A stretch of 33,101 bases of DNA from a virus (IMGVR_UViG_3300020042_001306:1-33101), one strand, 5' to 3'. Numbered from the stretch's first letter, positions 17,241 to 26,505 are shown. Program-made: numbers and translations. Notes: generated by a model from the sequence alone, not told the origin.

Positions 17241-19489
17241 TGGCTACCAAATACCGTGTTCAAGGCCCAGATGGCGTAGTCCATGTTTTTGAAGGACCGG
17301 ACGACGCAACGCCGGCGCAAATAGAATCTTTTGCCGCGCAAACTTTTGGCGGCTCTCCTGCCGCCGCCCCTGCTGCACCACGCGGCAAAGCAGGCATGTT
17401 TGACATGCTGTCTGCGCCGTTTGAGATGGGCGCCGCGCTTGCGGCCAAGCCGCGTAAAGAACAAGTAGAGTTTATTGCGCCTGCTGTTGAGGCGTTAGGC
17501 AGCGCTGGCGGTGCAATAGTAGGAACTGGCGCAGGACCGCTTGGCACAGTAGTTGGTGCAGGCGCTGGTTATGCTGGCGCTAAAGAATTGTTACGTTTTG
17601 CGGCTGGCGAAAGTGGTAAAGAGACACTTCCACAAGCCGCTACACGGCAAGCGCAAAATGTGCTTGAAGGCGCGACAATGGAAGCCTTTGGGCGCGGGGT
17701 TGTAAGCCCTGTTATTGCCAAAGGCGCTGAATACGCAAACAAACTTAAAAACATCAAACTTGACCAATACATTAAAGCTGTTGGCGATAAGGGTGAAGAA
17801 ATTGTTAATGCTTTGCGTGGCCGTACACAAATCGTTCCAGGCACATCCCCAACAGCCGGCGAAGTCGCCGCCCCTGTTGGTAGCGTAGGACTGTCGGTAT
17901 TGCAAGCACGCGCCCGTCAAGTGCCAGGCGCGGCAGATATTTACGCAACTAAAGAAGCGCAAAACATTGTTGCCCGTCAAAATCAAGAAGTACGCGCAAC
18001 GGCTAAATTTGACGCATCTAAACAACGTCTTCAAGCAAAAATTGATCGCGGCCTAGTTAATGTAACGCCCGGCGAAATTGGTGGCACGTTGATTGACGCG
18101 GCCAAGGCCGAACAAAAAACAATTAAAACCAAGGTAGTGCAGCCTGCCTATGACGCCGCGTTTGAAGCCGCTGGCGACGCAAAGATCGATGTATCAAAAG
18201 TTGTCAACGAAGCAGAACGTATTCTTGATCGTAAACTGTCAAGTTTTGCCACTGAAACTGCGCCGGATACTGTACGCAAATTGCGCGGGTTTGTACCTCC
18301 TGTGCCTGAAGCGGAAGCAATAACTGTTGGTAAAGCAGGTTTTAGAATTGCAAAAGAACCTACACCCCCGCCAGCAACGCCAGAAGCAACGCTGTTGCAG
18401 CTTGATGATGTTCGCAAAGCCATCAATGCAGATATTGCGGCAGCTTCATCAAGCAACGCGCCCATGGCGGCCACGACCCTGCGCAATCTAAAGCAGTTAC
18501 ATGCTGCAATTGACGACGCCGTTAAGTCAAGCACTGCTTTACCTGATGAAGCCAAAACGCTGTACAAAGGCGCGTTGGATACTTACCGCACACAATACGC
18601 GCCTCGCTTTAAAGAAGGCATCAATGCAAACTTGTTTAAGCAAACAAATTTGCAAGAAACCAAAATCAAGCCAGAAGATGTTGTTAGCAGATACTTTCAG
18701 CCCAAAGGTGAAAGCGAAGCTAAAGACTTCTTGCGTTTGTTTGACAAAAACCCAGACGCAATGAAAATTGCAAGGACCGGCATTGAAGACTTGTACCGCC
18801 GTGAAGTAACGGACGCTACTGGTTTTGTAACACCTGAAGCGCATGCTACGTTTATGAAAAAGTACGCAGAGCCGCTTAAGATTCTTGATGACGCGGGCAT
18901 GAACATTAGCCAACGCGTTGGTGTTGTTGCAAAAGACGCTATTCGGTTAGCAAAAATTGACGAACTTGCAAAAACTAGCGGTAATAGGTTGGCGCCAGCC
19001 TTACCAGCAGGCACTAACGCGCTTGCGGTAGAAAAAAGAATTGGTGAGTTGACCAGAAGTTTTACGCCCGAACAATTAAGCCATGTAAACGCCGTGCGGC
19101 AAGATTTGTTGCGTGAAGGTGAATATCAGCGCTTGGTAAAAGCTGGCGCAGACGCAGGCACTGACATTAAAAGTTTGGCCACAAAAACTGGTAGAGAAGC
19201 TGGCTTGCCTTTACCAAACTTTTTGTCAGTACCAATTACGGTGTTTAACAATGTCGTTAAGCGCCTAGCATTACGCATGGACGATAAGATTGCGTTAGAA
19301 ATTGCGCGTGAACTAACCAACCCTGCCATAGCCGCTGATCAAATTGAGGCTGCTATTAAGTTGCAAGCAACGCGCCGTGCGGCCACGCCTGGCGTCGGTA
19401 CTGCTACAGGATTGGCCGGCACACGGGCGCTCGGCGCGGAGATGTCACGCCGCGCAGAACCTGAAAACCAAAACGCATTGGCCCAATAA
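17240..19489 (+). CDS. Large internal virion/ejection protein (gp16-like position)
   Basis: 749 aa Ala-rich; N-terminal YRVQGPDG...EGPDDAT; Gly-rich hydrophobic segment; TAATG coupling. Confidence 0.7.
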   Translation: MATKYRVQGPDGVVHVFEGPDDATPAQIESFAAQTFGGSPAAAPAAPRGKAGMFDMLSAPFEMGAALAAKPRKEQVEFIAPAVEALGSAGGAIVGTGAGPLGTVVGAGAGYAGAKELLRFAAGESGKETLPQAATRQAQNVLEGATMEAFGRGVVSPVIAKGAEYANKLKNIKLDQYIKAVGDKGEEIVNALRGRTQIVPGTSPTAGEVAAPVGSVGLSVLQARARQVPGAADIYATKEAQNIVARQNQEVRATAKFDASKQRLQAKIDRGLVNVTPGEIGGTLIDAAKAEQKTIKTKVVQPAYDAAFEAAGDAKIDVSKVVNEAERILDRKLSSFATETAPDTVRKLRGFVPPVPEAEAITVGKAGFRIAKEPTPPPATPEATLLQLDDVRKAINADIAAASSSNAPMAATTLRNLKQLHAAIDDAVKSSTALPDEAKTLYKGALDTYRTQYAPRFKEGINANLFKQTNLQETKIKPEDVVSRYFQPKGESEAKDFLRLFDKNPDAMKIARTGIEDLYRREVTDATGFVTPEAHATFMKKYAEPLKILDDAGMNISQRVGVVAKDAIRLAKIDELAKTSGNRLAPALPAGTNALAVEKRIGELTRSFTPEQLSHVNAVRQDLLREGEYQRLVKAGADAGTDIKSLATKTGREAGLPLPNFLSVPITVFNNVVKRLALRMDDKIALEIARELTNPAIAADQIEAAIKLQATRRAATPGVGTATGLAGTRALGAEMSRRAEPENQNALAQ

Positions 19490-19710
19490 TGGATTCTCAA
19501 GTCTTATTTAACATTGCTGTAAGTCTGGCGGGTTTTTTGGGTGGTTGGGTGTTAAACAACATCTACCGTTCGATTGAGCGCCTTGACACCGATGTGCGGG
19601 CGATGCCATTGAACTACGTCACGCGGGATGACTACCGCGCTGACATGCGTGAAGTCAAAGAAATGCTTGGCAAAATTTTTGACAAGCTAGACAACAAGGT
19701 CGACAAATGA
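19489..19710 (+). CDS. Small membrane protein (one TM plus coiled coil), lysis-associated
   Basis: N-terminal TM; YVTRDDY..DM..V..ML.KIFDKLD.KVDK. Confidence 0.7.
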   Translation: MDSQVLFNIAVSLAGFLGGWVLNNIYRSIERLDTDVRAMPLNYVTRDDYRADMREVKEMLGKIFDKLDNKVDK

Positions 19711-19802
19711 AAGATTGGGCCGAAGCATTTATTGCGGCGGCCTTTTTGGTGGTCTTTGTCGTCTTTAGCCTTTACATGATCGCATGGAGTTGGGCGTGGT
19801 AA
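19707..19802 (+). CDS. 31-aa single-TM peptide
   Basis: Hand translation MKDWAEAFIAAAFLVVFVVFSLYMIAWSWAW*; ATGA overlap, abuts next ATG. Confidence 0.6.
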   Translation: MKDWAEAFIAAAFLVVFVVFSLYMIAWSWAW

Positions 19803-20090
19803 ATGCGTTGGCTTATTCTGTTACTGTTGTTAGGGCTGGTTGGAGCCGTAGCCAAGAATGGTTGTCATGTGCGCGAGTTCTATGGAATAGGTCACACTAT
19901 CCACAACCCCGCAGATCGGCATTTGCAAATGGTGCTGTGGCTAAAGAACAATGCGCAGTATTGCAAATCCGAAGACTACGTGGTAATTTGGAACAACCTG
20001 CCTTTATGGGCGGGTACGGCAGATTCAGCAGAAACTAGAGGGCTAATACTTCGTGGATACAAAGATGCAGTTGATCGGGAAAAGAAGTGA
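19803..20090 (+). CDS. Secreted/periplasmic small protein
   Basis: Signal peptide MRWLILLLLLGLVGAVA; two Cys. Confidence 0.65.
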   Translation: MRWLILLLLLGLVGAVAKNGCHVREFYGIGHTIHNPADRHLQMVLWLKNNAQYCKSEDYVVIWNNLPLWAGTADSAETRGLILRGYKDAVDREKK

Positions 20091-20326
20091 AGATCAGTTT
20101 CGACAAATGGTATCCAGTGGTGCTGCCGCAAGTCAATTTGCAGGCAGAAGTTTTTGCCAAGCGGGTAGAGAAGCTAGACGCTGAACGGGCGGTTCAAGTG
20201 CAAGTAGACAGCCAAGTTAAAAAGTTCCATCAATATGAGTATGAAATTTACAAATACAGAATGCGGCAGATCACAATAAACATTGATATTGCAAACCTTA
20301 AACGCGAGATTGACAAACTTGTATGA
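20087..20326 (+). CDS. Hypothetical protein
   Basis: GTGA overlap; 79 aa, coiled-coil-like. Confidence 0.55.
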   Translation: MKISFDKWYPVVLPQVNLQAEVFAKRVEKLDAERAVQVQVDSQVKKFHQYEYEIYKYRMRQITINIDIANLKREIDKLV

Positions 20327-20592
20327 CCAAAAAACCGACACCCAAACCGCCGATGGAGGCAAAGGAAAAGCTGACGCTGTGGGTTACGCTCATGGTAAGC
20401 AGCACCCTATGTATCTCCGTATTGGCCATGGTAATCAGCTTTATGTTAGGTTTGTGGGCAAAGGAAGTGGACAACGCCGAGATTTTCAAAATGATTTCAC
20501 CCGCTTTTTCTACTCTTATCGGCGGCATGATTGGGTTCCTGTCTGGTATCAAACTCATGCAGAACGATGACTCTAAGGACAAAAAATGCTGA
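20323..20592 (+). CDS. Two-TM membrane protein, holin candidate
   Basis: Two hydrophobic helices (ISPAFSTLIGGMIGFLSG), charged termini, in the lysis cassette. Confidence 0.65.
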   Translation: MTKKPTPKPPMEAKEKLTLWVTLMVSSTLCISVLAMVISFMLGLWAKEVDNAEIFKMISPAFSTLIGGMIGFLSGIKLMQNDDSKDKKC

Positions 20593-21101
20593 CTTTACTT
20601 TCAACCCTGATTTCTTTCCTAATGGGCGGCCTGCCCAAATTGCTGGACTTTTTCCAAGACCGCGCTGACAAAATCCATGAATTGGCGCTGGCGCAAATGC
20701 AGATTGAGCGTGAGTTAGAACTGCGCAAGGCTGGCTTTGAAGCGCAAGAGCGCATCGAGAATATCCGGTCAGACCAATTGGCAACCGAAAGCGCAGCCAA
20801 CACCCAGCAAATCCTAATTGGCGCGCAGCAGGCCGAAATGCAGGCCATCTACGCCCACGACACAAGCCTGAACGAAGGTACAAGCCAGTGGATGAAAAAC
20901 TTACGCGCCAGCGTTCGCCCTGTCATTACCTACGGTTTCTTCTTTTTGCTGTTGTTTGTAGACGTCGGCCTGTTTGCCTACGGTTGGCACAGTGGTGCTA
21001 CATTTGTGGAGTTGGCCGAAATGCTTTGGGACTCTGACACCCAGGCGCTATTTGCCAGCATCATCGCGTTTCACTTTGGCGGCAGAGCCTTTGGCAAATG
21101 A
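20586..21101 (+). CDS. Holin-like protein (3TM-holin-type)
   Basis: LRASVRPVITY and IIAFHFGGRAF motifs; directly before the lysozyme. Confidence 0.7.
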   Translation: MLTLLSTLISFLMGGLPKLLDFFQDRADKIHELALAQMQIERELELRKAGFEAQERIENIRSDQLATESAANTQQILIGAQQAEMQAIYAHDTSLNEGTSQWMKNLRASVRPVITYGFFFLLLFVDVGLFAYGWHSGATFVELAEMLWDSDTQALFASIIAFHFGGRAFGK

Positions 21102-21574
21102 ACGTCAGCCCCAAAACCATTGAAATGATTAAACACCATGAAGGTGTTCGATTTAAACCATACCAGTGCCCAGCAAAGCTGTGGACAATAGGAGTAGGCC
21201 ATGTTCTTTACCCAAATCAAGGCAAAATGCCAATTGATCAAAGAGGCGGTTACGCGCTTCATCCAGAAGATAACCGCCCGTTTTCAAAAGACGAAGTAAA
21301 TGCAATTCTTAGGGCCGATCTTGCTCGGTTTGAGAAAGGCGTGGCTACTTATTGTCCTGTGCCTCTTACTCAAGGACAGTTTGACGCGCTCGTATCATTT
21401 TCTTTTAATGTAGGCCTTGGCACTCTCCAAAGATCAACCATGCGCCAAAAAGTTCTTCGGGGCGACATGGCGGGGGCTGCCGAAGAACTTCTAAAATACT
21501 GCATGGCTGGCGGCAAAGTCTTACGGGGTCTTCAGAACCGGCGCATCGACGAGCGCGCCGTGTTCCTTACTTAA
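21098..21574 (+). CDS. Endolysin, GH24 lysozyme
   Basis: HEG...YQCPA.LWTIGVGH, QGQFDALVSFSFNVG, GL.NRR..E...F. Confidence 0.95.
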   Translation: MNVSPKTIEMIKHHEGVRFKPYQCPAKLWTIGVGHVLYPNQGKMPIDQRGGYALHPEDNRPFSKDEVNAILRADLARFEKGVATYCPVPLTQGQFDALVSFSFNVGLGTLQRSTMRQKVLRGDMAGAAEELLKYCMAGGKVLRGLQNRRIDERAVFLT

Positions 21575-21721
21575 CGTCCGGTAAGCCTCAATGGCCGTCT
21601 TAAAATCGCATTGCAAGTGCTGGATGCGGTCGTCTTGATCACACAACTTGGCGTAGGCTTCCTCGGCAAACTTGGCCAAGTTAGCCTGGCTCCATGTCTG
21701 AAAGTCTGGTCTGTTAGTCAT
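21521..21721 (-). CDS. Small coiled-coil hypothetical protein
   Basis: MTNRPDFQTWSQANLAKFAEEAY...; start 21721 overlaps the upstream gene end; 3' end overlaps the lysozyme. Confidence 0.65.
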   Translation of the reverse strand: MTNRPDFQTWSQANLAKFAEEAYAKLCDQDDRIQHLQCDFKTAIEAYRTLSKEHGALVDAPVLKTP

Positions 21722-22346
21722 TTCTCGCCTTAATATCGTAGAACCAATCATCGCCGGCTGACCACTTGCGTGTGCCGTCAACCGTCCACAATCTTTGCGC
21801 TGCTTGGAAGTCAGGGAACTTTGTCTCAGCAGGGATTAGGCTTTGGTCGTACCACAGGCATCGGTTGTTGGGTTGGCAGGCAAACTGGCCGTTGTCCAGC
21901 GCAATCCAATTAAAAGACTTGTGTTCCTCGGCCTGCTCAGTAAAACCCGTGTCCAAGTCCATGCCGTCAGCGCAGAAGTCCACCGTGAACAGATAGCGCC
22001 CAAAGTGCCACTCACGGTCTTTGCCCAAGAACTTAACGCCTAGATTGCGTAGGCCAATCTTTTCAAGGATGGTAAATCGGTAGCCCATGCAGTCCCACAG
22101 TTGCAAAGTGTCAACAGGCAAGTTACCGGCGTCTGCATGCCAGACGTAGGCGTGGATCGGCAGCTTGTCGTACAGCGCGCCGTAGGCCGGCAACAGCGAT
22201 TCAATGCGGAACACCTGACCACGCAAGGCTTTGAGGCTGACCCAGATGGCCGGCTCCAACTCGCCGTGGCCCTTGTGGTCATTGTATAAAAACTCGCGCT
22301 TTACAAAGCATTTAACTGGCGGCAGCGATGCCACGATATAACTCAT
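21714..22346 (-). CDS. Conserved-type phage protein of unknown function
   Basis: 210 aa; AAGGA RBS; EFLY...GHGE, LQLWDC, EHKSFN, LDNGQFACQPNNR motifs. Confidence 0.8.
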   Translation of the reverse strand: MSYIVASLPPVKCFVKREFLYNDHKGHGELEPAIWVSLKALRGQVFRIESLLPAYGALYDKLPIHAYVWHADAGNLPVDTLQLWDCMGYRFTILEKIGLRNLGVKFLGKDREWHFGRYLFTVDFCADGMDLDTGFTEQAEEHKSFNWIALDNGQFACQPNNRCLWYDQSLIPAETKFPDFQAAQRLWTVDGTRKWSAGDDWFYDIKARND

Positions 22347-22355
22347 GTGTTTTCC

Positions 22356-22547
22356 TTAGTCATTGGTTTCCTTCTTAGACGGCGCGTCTAGTTCAAGGCG
22401 GTAATACTTGGCCGGCATCTTGGCGTTCTTGTCCAGTTGTTTGCGCAACCATTCAGCGCCGCCGAGTTCTTGCAAGATCATCCAATGTCTGTCAGACATT
22501 CGGACTTGTCTTCCTATAAGGGGTTCAGGTGGTTTGGGGCGGGGCAT
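22356..22547 (-). CDS. Small putative ribbon-helix-helix DNA-binding protein
   Basis: MPRPKP...RQVRMSD..W..LQELGGAEWLR. Confidence 0.6.
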   Translation of the reverse strand: MPRPKPPEPLIGRQVRMSDRHWMILQELGGAEWLRKQLDKNAKMPAKYYRLELDAPSKKETND

Positions 22548-22730
22548 TTACCTGACTCTCCTTAGCGGCTCTTGATACTTCTCAGGTGGTGGCGGCGACA
22601 TTTTCTCAGACGGCGGTGTCCAACCATGCTTGCGCCAAATGGCTTGGACGTCTGAGCCAGACTCCCATTTAAAATCTTTGTTTGGCACAGAGGGATAACT
22701 GATCTTTGAATAAGGTGGTTTTTCTAACAC
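22548..22730 (-). CDS. Hypothetical protein
   Basis: 60 aa; AAGGAG RBS; DVQAIWRKHGWTPPSE. Confidence 0.65.
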   Translation of the reverse strand: MLEKPPYSKISYPSVPNKDFKWESGSDVQAIWRKHGWTPPSEKMSPPPPEKYQEPLRRVR

Positions 22731-22915
22731 TGTGTTGCTCCTTTTAGTAGTTCTAGTCTCTCCCGCGCTACGCGCAGGGTGTTGTAGCGCTGGTGAAGGC
22801 GCTGAAGCATGGTAGCGCGCTTGGCGCCAACACGTTCTTCATTGAGCAATCTAAGGACTTCTTCTTCGCTCAGACGGCTTAATTCGTTGTTAAGGCTTCG
22901 CCAGGTAGTTGTCAA
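22724..22915 (-). CDS. Hypothetical helical protein
   Basis: GGAG RBS before TTG; RLHQRYNTLR..RER motif; in the helicase operon. Confidence 0.65.
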   Translation of the reverse strand: MTTTWRSLNNELSRLSEEEVLRLLNEERVGAKRATMLQRLHQRYNTLRVARERLELLKGATQC

Positions 22916-23051
22916 TTTTCTTCTCCAATTGCGTTATTGTTGTTTGTACGCGAATGACAGCGCGGGCGGCGGCGTTGGCCTCACGGCCTCTGATGCGCAG
23001 TTCTGCTTTGGCCATTTTGAGTTTGGCCTTCCATAAATCAAATCGTTTCAC
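22890..23051 (-). CDS. 53-aa basic coiled-coil protein
   Basis: Hand translation MKRFDLWKAKLKMAKAELRIRGREANAAARAVIRVQTTITQLEKKIDNYLAKP*; GGAGG RBS inside the helicase end. Confidence 0.6.
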   Translation of the reverse strand: MKRFDLWKAKLKMAKAELRIRGREANAAARAVIRVQTTITQLEKKIDNYLAKP

Positions 23052-24367
23052 TTTAATTCCTCCATTGCAATATCAGATATGGCGCGCTTGTCGTGAAGCG
23101 CCGCCCAGATTTTTTCGTCCACCGTTTTGTTGGTCATTAAGATGTAGCACCACACAGGGTATTTTTGCCCGCTGCGGTGCAAACGGCCAATGGTCTGTTC
23201 GTACAATTCCAGACTCCACGGCAGTGACAGAAACACCATGTGACAGCCGCCGTGCTGAAGGTTAAGCCCGTGGCCGGCTGACTTTGGATGGACGGCCAGT
23301 AGCCTGACCTTTCCATCATTCCATCGCTCGATGGCTCTGTCGTCGTCAAGGGTTGTGACGTTAAAGCGCCGCTTGAGTTCGGCAAGTTCTTCTTGGTAGG
23401 TGTAAGCAATGATGGTGTTGGCATGTTGGTTCTCTTGAATGATTTCCTCTAACCTTTCAAACTTGTGCATGCTGTACCAGATTGGCTTTTGCGTCACAAT
23501 AAACTTGCCAGGCGAGTCAGACGGCGTTGTTGTCGTGTCGTAAACAAAACCTGACGCCAGTTGTTGTAGCTTGCCAGTGACAACCGCCGCGTTGATGGCC
23601 GTGATGCCGTCCAGCACAAAGTCTTTTTTGAGTGTCTGGTAAGGCGTCAAATCCATGTCGCACTTAACTTCGACAGTATGCAAAGGCGGCAGCTTGTCCT
23701 TATACTCGCCTGCCTCCAAGACAAATGTGGCAGGCTTGATCACGTTCATAACCTTCTCAAGCGAACCCACTCTGGGCGCCCATTCGCCAAACTCTTTATT
23801 GATCAGCACAAAGTATTGCTGCATGAACGCGCCCTTAGACCGGCCAAGCAGGCTTTGGTCAACGATCTTGCACTGGCCAAAAACATCTTCCAAGCCGTTG
23901 CTGGTGAATGAGCCTGTCAAGCCCCAGCGCGTTGTCATGGGGTCAACGACCTTGAGAAACGCTTTAAAACGTGTGCCTGACGGGTTCTTGAGCCGTGTCA
24001 GTTCATCAAACACCACGCCATCAAAGTTCAGGCTTTGCTCGGCCAGCCACTGCAAATTGTCGTAATTGGTCACAACTACATGGGCGTTGCTTTTGAGGGC
24101 GTCTAGGCGCTGCTTAGGTGTGCCAACGCACAGAGCCATGCTGATACGGTCAGCCCACTTGGGGCGCTCAACAGGCCACACGTCGGTGCAGACGCGCTTA
24201 GGCGCTAGCACCAGCCAGCGCTTGACGTGGCCGTCGCGCAGCATCTCCCACATGGCCGTTAATGTGATGGCGGTCTTACCCGCGCCCACCGGCGCCAAGA
24301 TCATGGCGCGGTCATGCTCAAAGAGAAAGTCAGCGGCTGTCTCTTGATACGGTCGTAATGAAACCAT
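23048..24367 (-). CDS. SNF2-family (SF2) helicase
   Basis: LRPYQ, GAGKT, VVFDELT, GLTGS, SAGHGLNLQ, QTIGRLHRSGQ. Confidence 0.93.
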   Translation of the reverse strand: MVSLRPYQETAADFLFEHDRAMILAPVGAGKTAITLTAMWEMLRDGHVKRWLVLAPKRVCTDVWPVERPKWADRISMALCVGTPKQRLDALKSNAHVVVTNYDNLQWLAEQSLNFDGVVFDELTRLKNPSGTRFKAFLKVVDPMTTRWGLTGSFTSNGLEDVFGQCKIVDQSLLGRSKGAFMQQYFVLINKEFGEWAPRVGSLEKVMNVIKPATFVLEAGEYKDKLPPLHTVEVKCDMDLTPYQTLKKDFVLDGITAINAAVVTGKLQQLASGFVYDTTTTPSDSPGKFIVTQKPIWYSMHKFERLEEIIQENQHANTIIAYTYQEELAELKRRFNVTTLDDDRAIERWNDGKVRLLAVHPKSAGHGLNLQHGGCHMVFLSLPWSLELYEQTIGRLHRSGQKYPVWCYILMTNKTVDEKIWAALHDKRAISDIAMEELK

Positions 24368-24617
24368 CAACTTGTTCCTTAGTCCACAAACATGCGTAGT
24401 TTTGACGCAACAACGCCATCTCTGACTGAAATAATTTTTGCAATTCAGACATGCGCCCGTTTTTGGTTTTAAGTTCTACAAACCATGTCTGGCCATCGGG
24501 TAAACACGCAATGCGATCTGCTACACCTTTGCGTCCGGGCGAAGTAAACTTCCAAGTCCGGCCACCGATGCGCTGCACCGCCCAATCAAAATAAACTTCA
24601 ATTTCTTTTTCTCTCAT
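24330..24617 (-). CDS. VRR-NUC domain nuclease
   Basis: E..IE, KFTSPG..GVADRI, FVELK, Q motifs. Confidence 0.9.
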   Translation of the reverse strand: MREKEIEVYFDWAVQRIGGRTWKFTSPGRKGVADRIACLPDGQTWFVELKTKNGRMSELQKLFQSEMALLRQNYACLWTKEQVDGFITTVSRDSR

Positions 24618-24624
24618 GTTGTAA

Positions 24625-24673
24625 AGTATACATGTAAAAAAGATTTGCACAACATTATTTTCTGTGCTATATT
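24625..24673. promoter_or_regulatory. Overlapping divergent sigma70-type promoters
   Basis: Rightward TTGCAC-N17-TATATT (24645-24673, extended TG); leftward TTGTGC-N16-TATACT (24652-24625). Confidence 0.7.
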
Positions 24674-24701
24674 TGAATCTCATTAACTAAAGGACAGTAC
24701 A

Positions 24702-25829
24702 GTGCAACATTCAAATATTGTCGGCGGCTCTACAGCAAAGCGCGTTATAAACTGCCCAGGCAGTGTGGCCATGGTGCAAAAGATGCCACCCAAACCTTCT
24801 AACAAATACGCTGACGAAGGCACACTTCTACACAACGTCATTGCTGAATTGATCATGGGCGACGAAGCCCCTGAGCATTACCTTGGCACACGTTACGAAG
24901 ACCAAATTCTGACGCAAGAATTGATTGACAATAAAATCAAACCAGCTTTGGAGGCGCTAGATGCAATCGACCCCGAACAAAAAATGGAAATTGAAGCAGA
25001 GACTAGAGTTGGCTTTGGTGATCTGTTGCCTGGCGTGTTTGGGTCTACTGATCTCATTGGCCGCCTTGGTAACCGCGCCGTCGTTTTGGATTGGAAATTC
25101 GGTGACGGTGTCATGGTCGAGGTGGAAGAAAACCCACAGTTGATGTTCTACGCGGCGGCCGCTATGCGCACCCCAGAGGCACAATGGGCGTTTGATGGCG
25201 TGACTGAAATTGAATGCGTTATTGTTCAGCCGCCTGAAGTGCGTCGCTGGGTGACAACGCCTAAGCGCATCGCCCAGTTTGAAAAAGAGTTAGTCAGCGC
25301 AGTAAAGCAAGCAGAACAACCTGACGCCAAGTTGGCCGTGGGCGATCACTGCCGTTGGTGCGCGGCCAAGCCCGTGTGCCCTAAGATGACCGGCGCTGCT
25401 GACCGTGCCTTAAAGGTGCAGATTGAAGCGTTGCCTGCGCCGCAGATTAGCGATTATCTTAAGACCGCTGACATGCTTGAGGAATGGATTAAAGACTTGC
25501 GCGCCCTTGCGTTGCAAATGCTTGAGTCTGGCGCCAAGTTGCCTGAATACAAACTGGTGGCCAAGCGCGCCATTCGTTCATGGTCGGATGAGGAGAAGGC
25601 AAAGATTGCCCTTTTCGCATTCGGCCTCACAGAATCTGAAGTGGTGGAGACTTCTGTTGTCTCTCCGGCCAAGGCCGAAAAGGCGCTCAAAAAGCGCAAG
25701 ATCGGCCTACCCGAAGACTTAGTTGTCGCCATTTCTTCAGGTAACACTTTGGCAAGCGCGGATGACCCGCGCCCCGAAGTGATGCTCCTCGGGAAGCAGT
25801 TATCTGCGGCCCTTTCTAAACTTCAATAA
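24702..25829 (+). CDS. Cas4-like PD-(D/E)XK exonuclease (DUF2800-type)
   Basis: NCPGS, ADEGT.LH, GSTD, LDWKFG, QL..YA, HCRWC....VCP. Confidence 0.88.
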   Translation: MQHSNIVGGSTAKRVINCPGSVAMVQKMPPKPSNKYADEGTLLHNVIAELIMGDEAPEHYLGTRYEDQILTQELIDNKIKPALEALDAIDPEQKMEIEAETRVGFGDLLPGVFGSTDLIGRLGNRAVVLDWKFGDGVMVEVEENPQLMFYAAAAMRTPEAQWAFDGVTEIECVIVQPPEVRRWVTTPKRIAQFEKELVSAVKQAEQPDAKLAVGDHCRWCAAKPVCPKMTGAADRALKVQIEALPAPQISDYLKTADMLEEWIKDLRALALQMLESGAKLPEYKLVAKRAIRSWSDEEKAKIALFAFGLTESEVVETSVVSPAKAEKALKKRKIGLPEDLVVAISSGNTLASADDPRPEVMLLGKQLSAALSKLQ

Positions 25830-25837
25830 GGACAATC

Positions 25838-26476
25838 ATGTCAAATCTAGTAACCTTCTCTCAAGCTAATCTTCCCGCTGTTTCAACTTTGTCTAGCGCT
25901 TTGCGTTCGATCCAAGCCGAAGTCGGCCCTGCTGGTGTTGTCATTCTCAAGATGGACAAGACCGGCCACTGGGTCTTTGGTGCAGATCAAACCGAAGTCG
26001 AAGACGACGCTATCTGGGCTGTTAATCCTTTCTCTTTTGTGCATGGCTTTATTGCCTGGGGCGACGGTGAAGTGCTGGGCGAGAAGATGACCAGCGTCAG
26101 CAATCCGCTGCCTGAGTTAGATGAAGCGCCGCCTTCTGCCAAGAAGGGTTGGGAAACTCAAGTCGGTATGTCACTTAAGTGCATTTCCGGCGAAGACAAG
26201 GGCATGGAAGCGCGCTTTACCACCACGTCAGTGGGCGGCAAACGTGCGGTTCAAACCTTGGCTGTTGCGCTGGCCGAGCAAGTTGAGAAAGACCAAACCA
26301 AGCCAGTGCCTGTCGTGCGTCTGAAGAAAGACCACTACGCTCACAAATCCTACGGCAAGATTTACACGCCAGTGTTTGAACTTGTCGAGTGGGTGAGCAT
26401 GGATGGCGAAGCGCCTGCCGCTGAAGTAGAGGCTGAAGCCCCTGCTGCACCAGCACGTCGTCGCCGCGCAGCGTAA
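25838..26476 (+). CDS. Putative ssDNA-binding protein
   Basis: Between exonuclease and polymerase; Y.HKSYGKIYTPVF..V.W; flexible C-tail. Confidence 0.7.
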   Translation: MSNLVTFSQANLPAVSTLSSALRSIQAEVGPAGVVILKMDKTGHWVFGADQTEVEDDAIWAVNPFSFVHGFIAWGDGEVLGEKMTSVSNPLPELDEAPPSAKKGWETQVGMSLKCISGEDKGMEARFTTTSVGGKRAVQTLAVALAEQVEKDQTKPVPVVRLKKDHYAHKSYGKIYTPVFELVEWVSMDGEAPAAEVEAEAPAAPARRRRAA

Positions 26477-26484
26477 CCTTTCTG

Positions 26485-26505
26485 ATGGGCGTTATGAGCG
26501 CCCAT
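26485..26505 (+). promoter_or_regulatory. Hairpin just upstream of the polymerase RBS
   Basis: ATGGGCG-ttatgag-CGCCCAT, no U tail. Confidence 0.45.

Noticed and set aside
19803-19870. Lipoprotein/o-spanin signal
   Set aside because: The Cys follows AKNG, which is not a lipobox; a signal peptidase I site after AVA is more likely
24690-24704. ACAGTA motif near the RBS here and upstream of the 31946 gene
   Set aside because: Only two short occurrences; cannot be distinguished from chance
24702-25829. Cas4-like gene as evidence of CRISPR-Cas
   Set aside because: No array or other cas genes; standard phage replication/recombination exonuclease context
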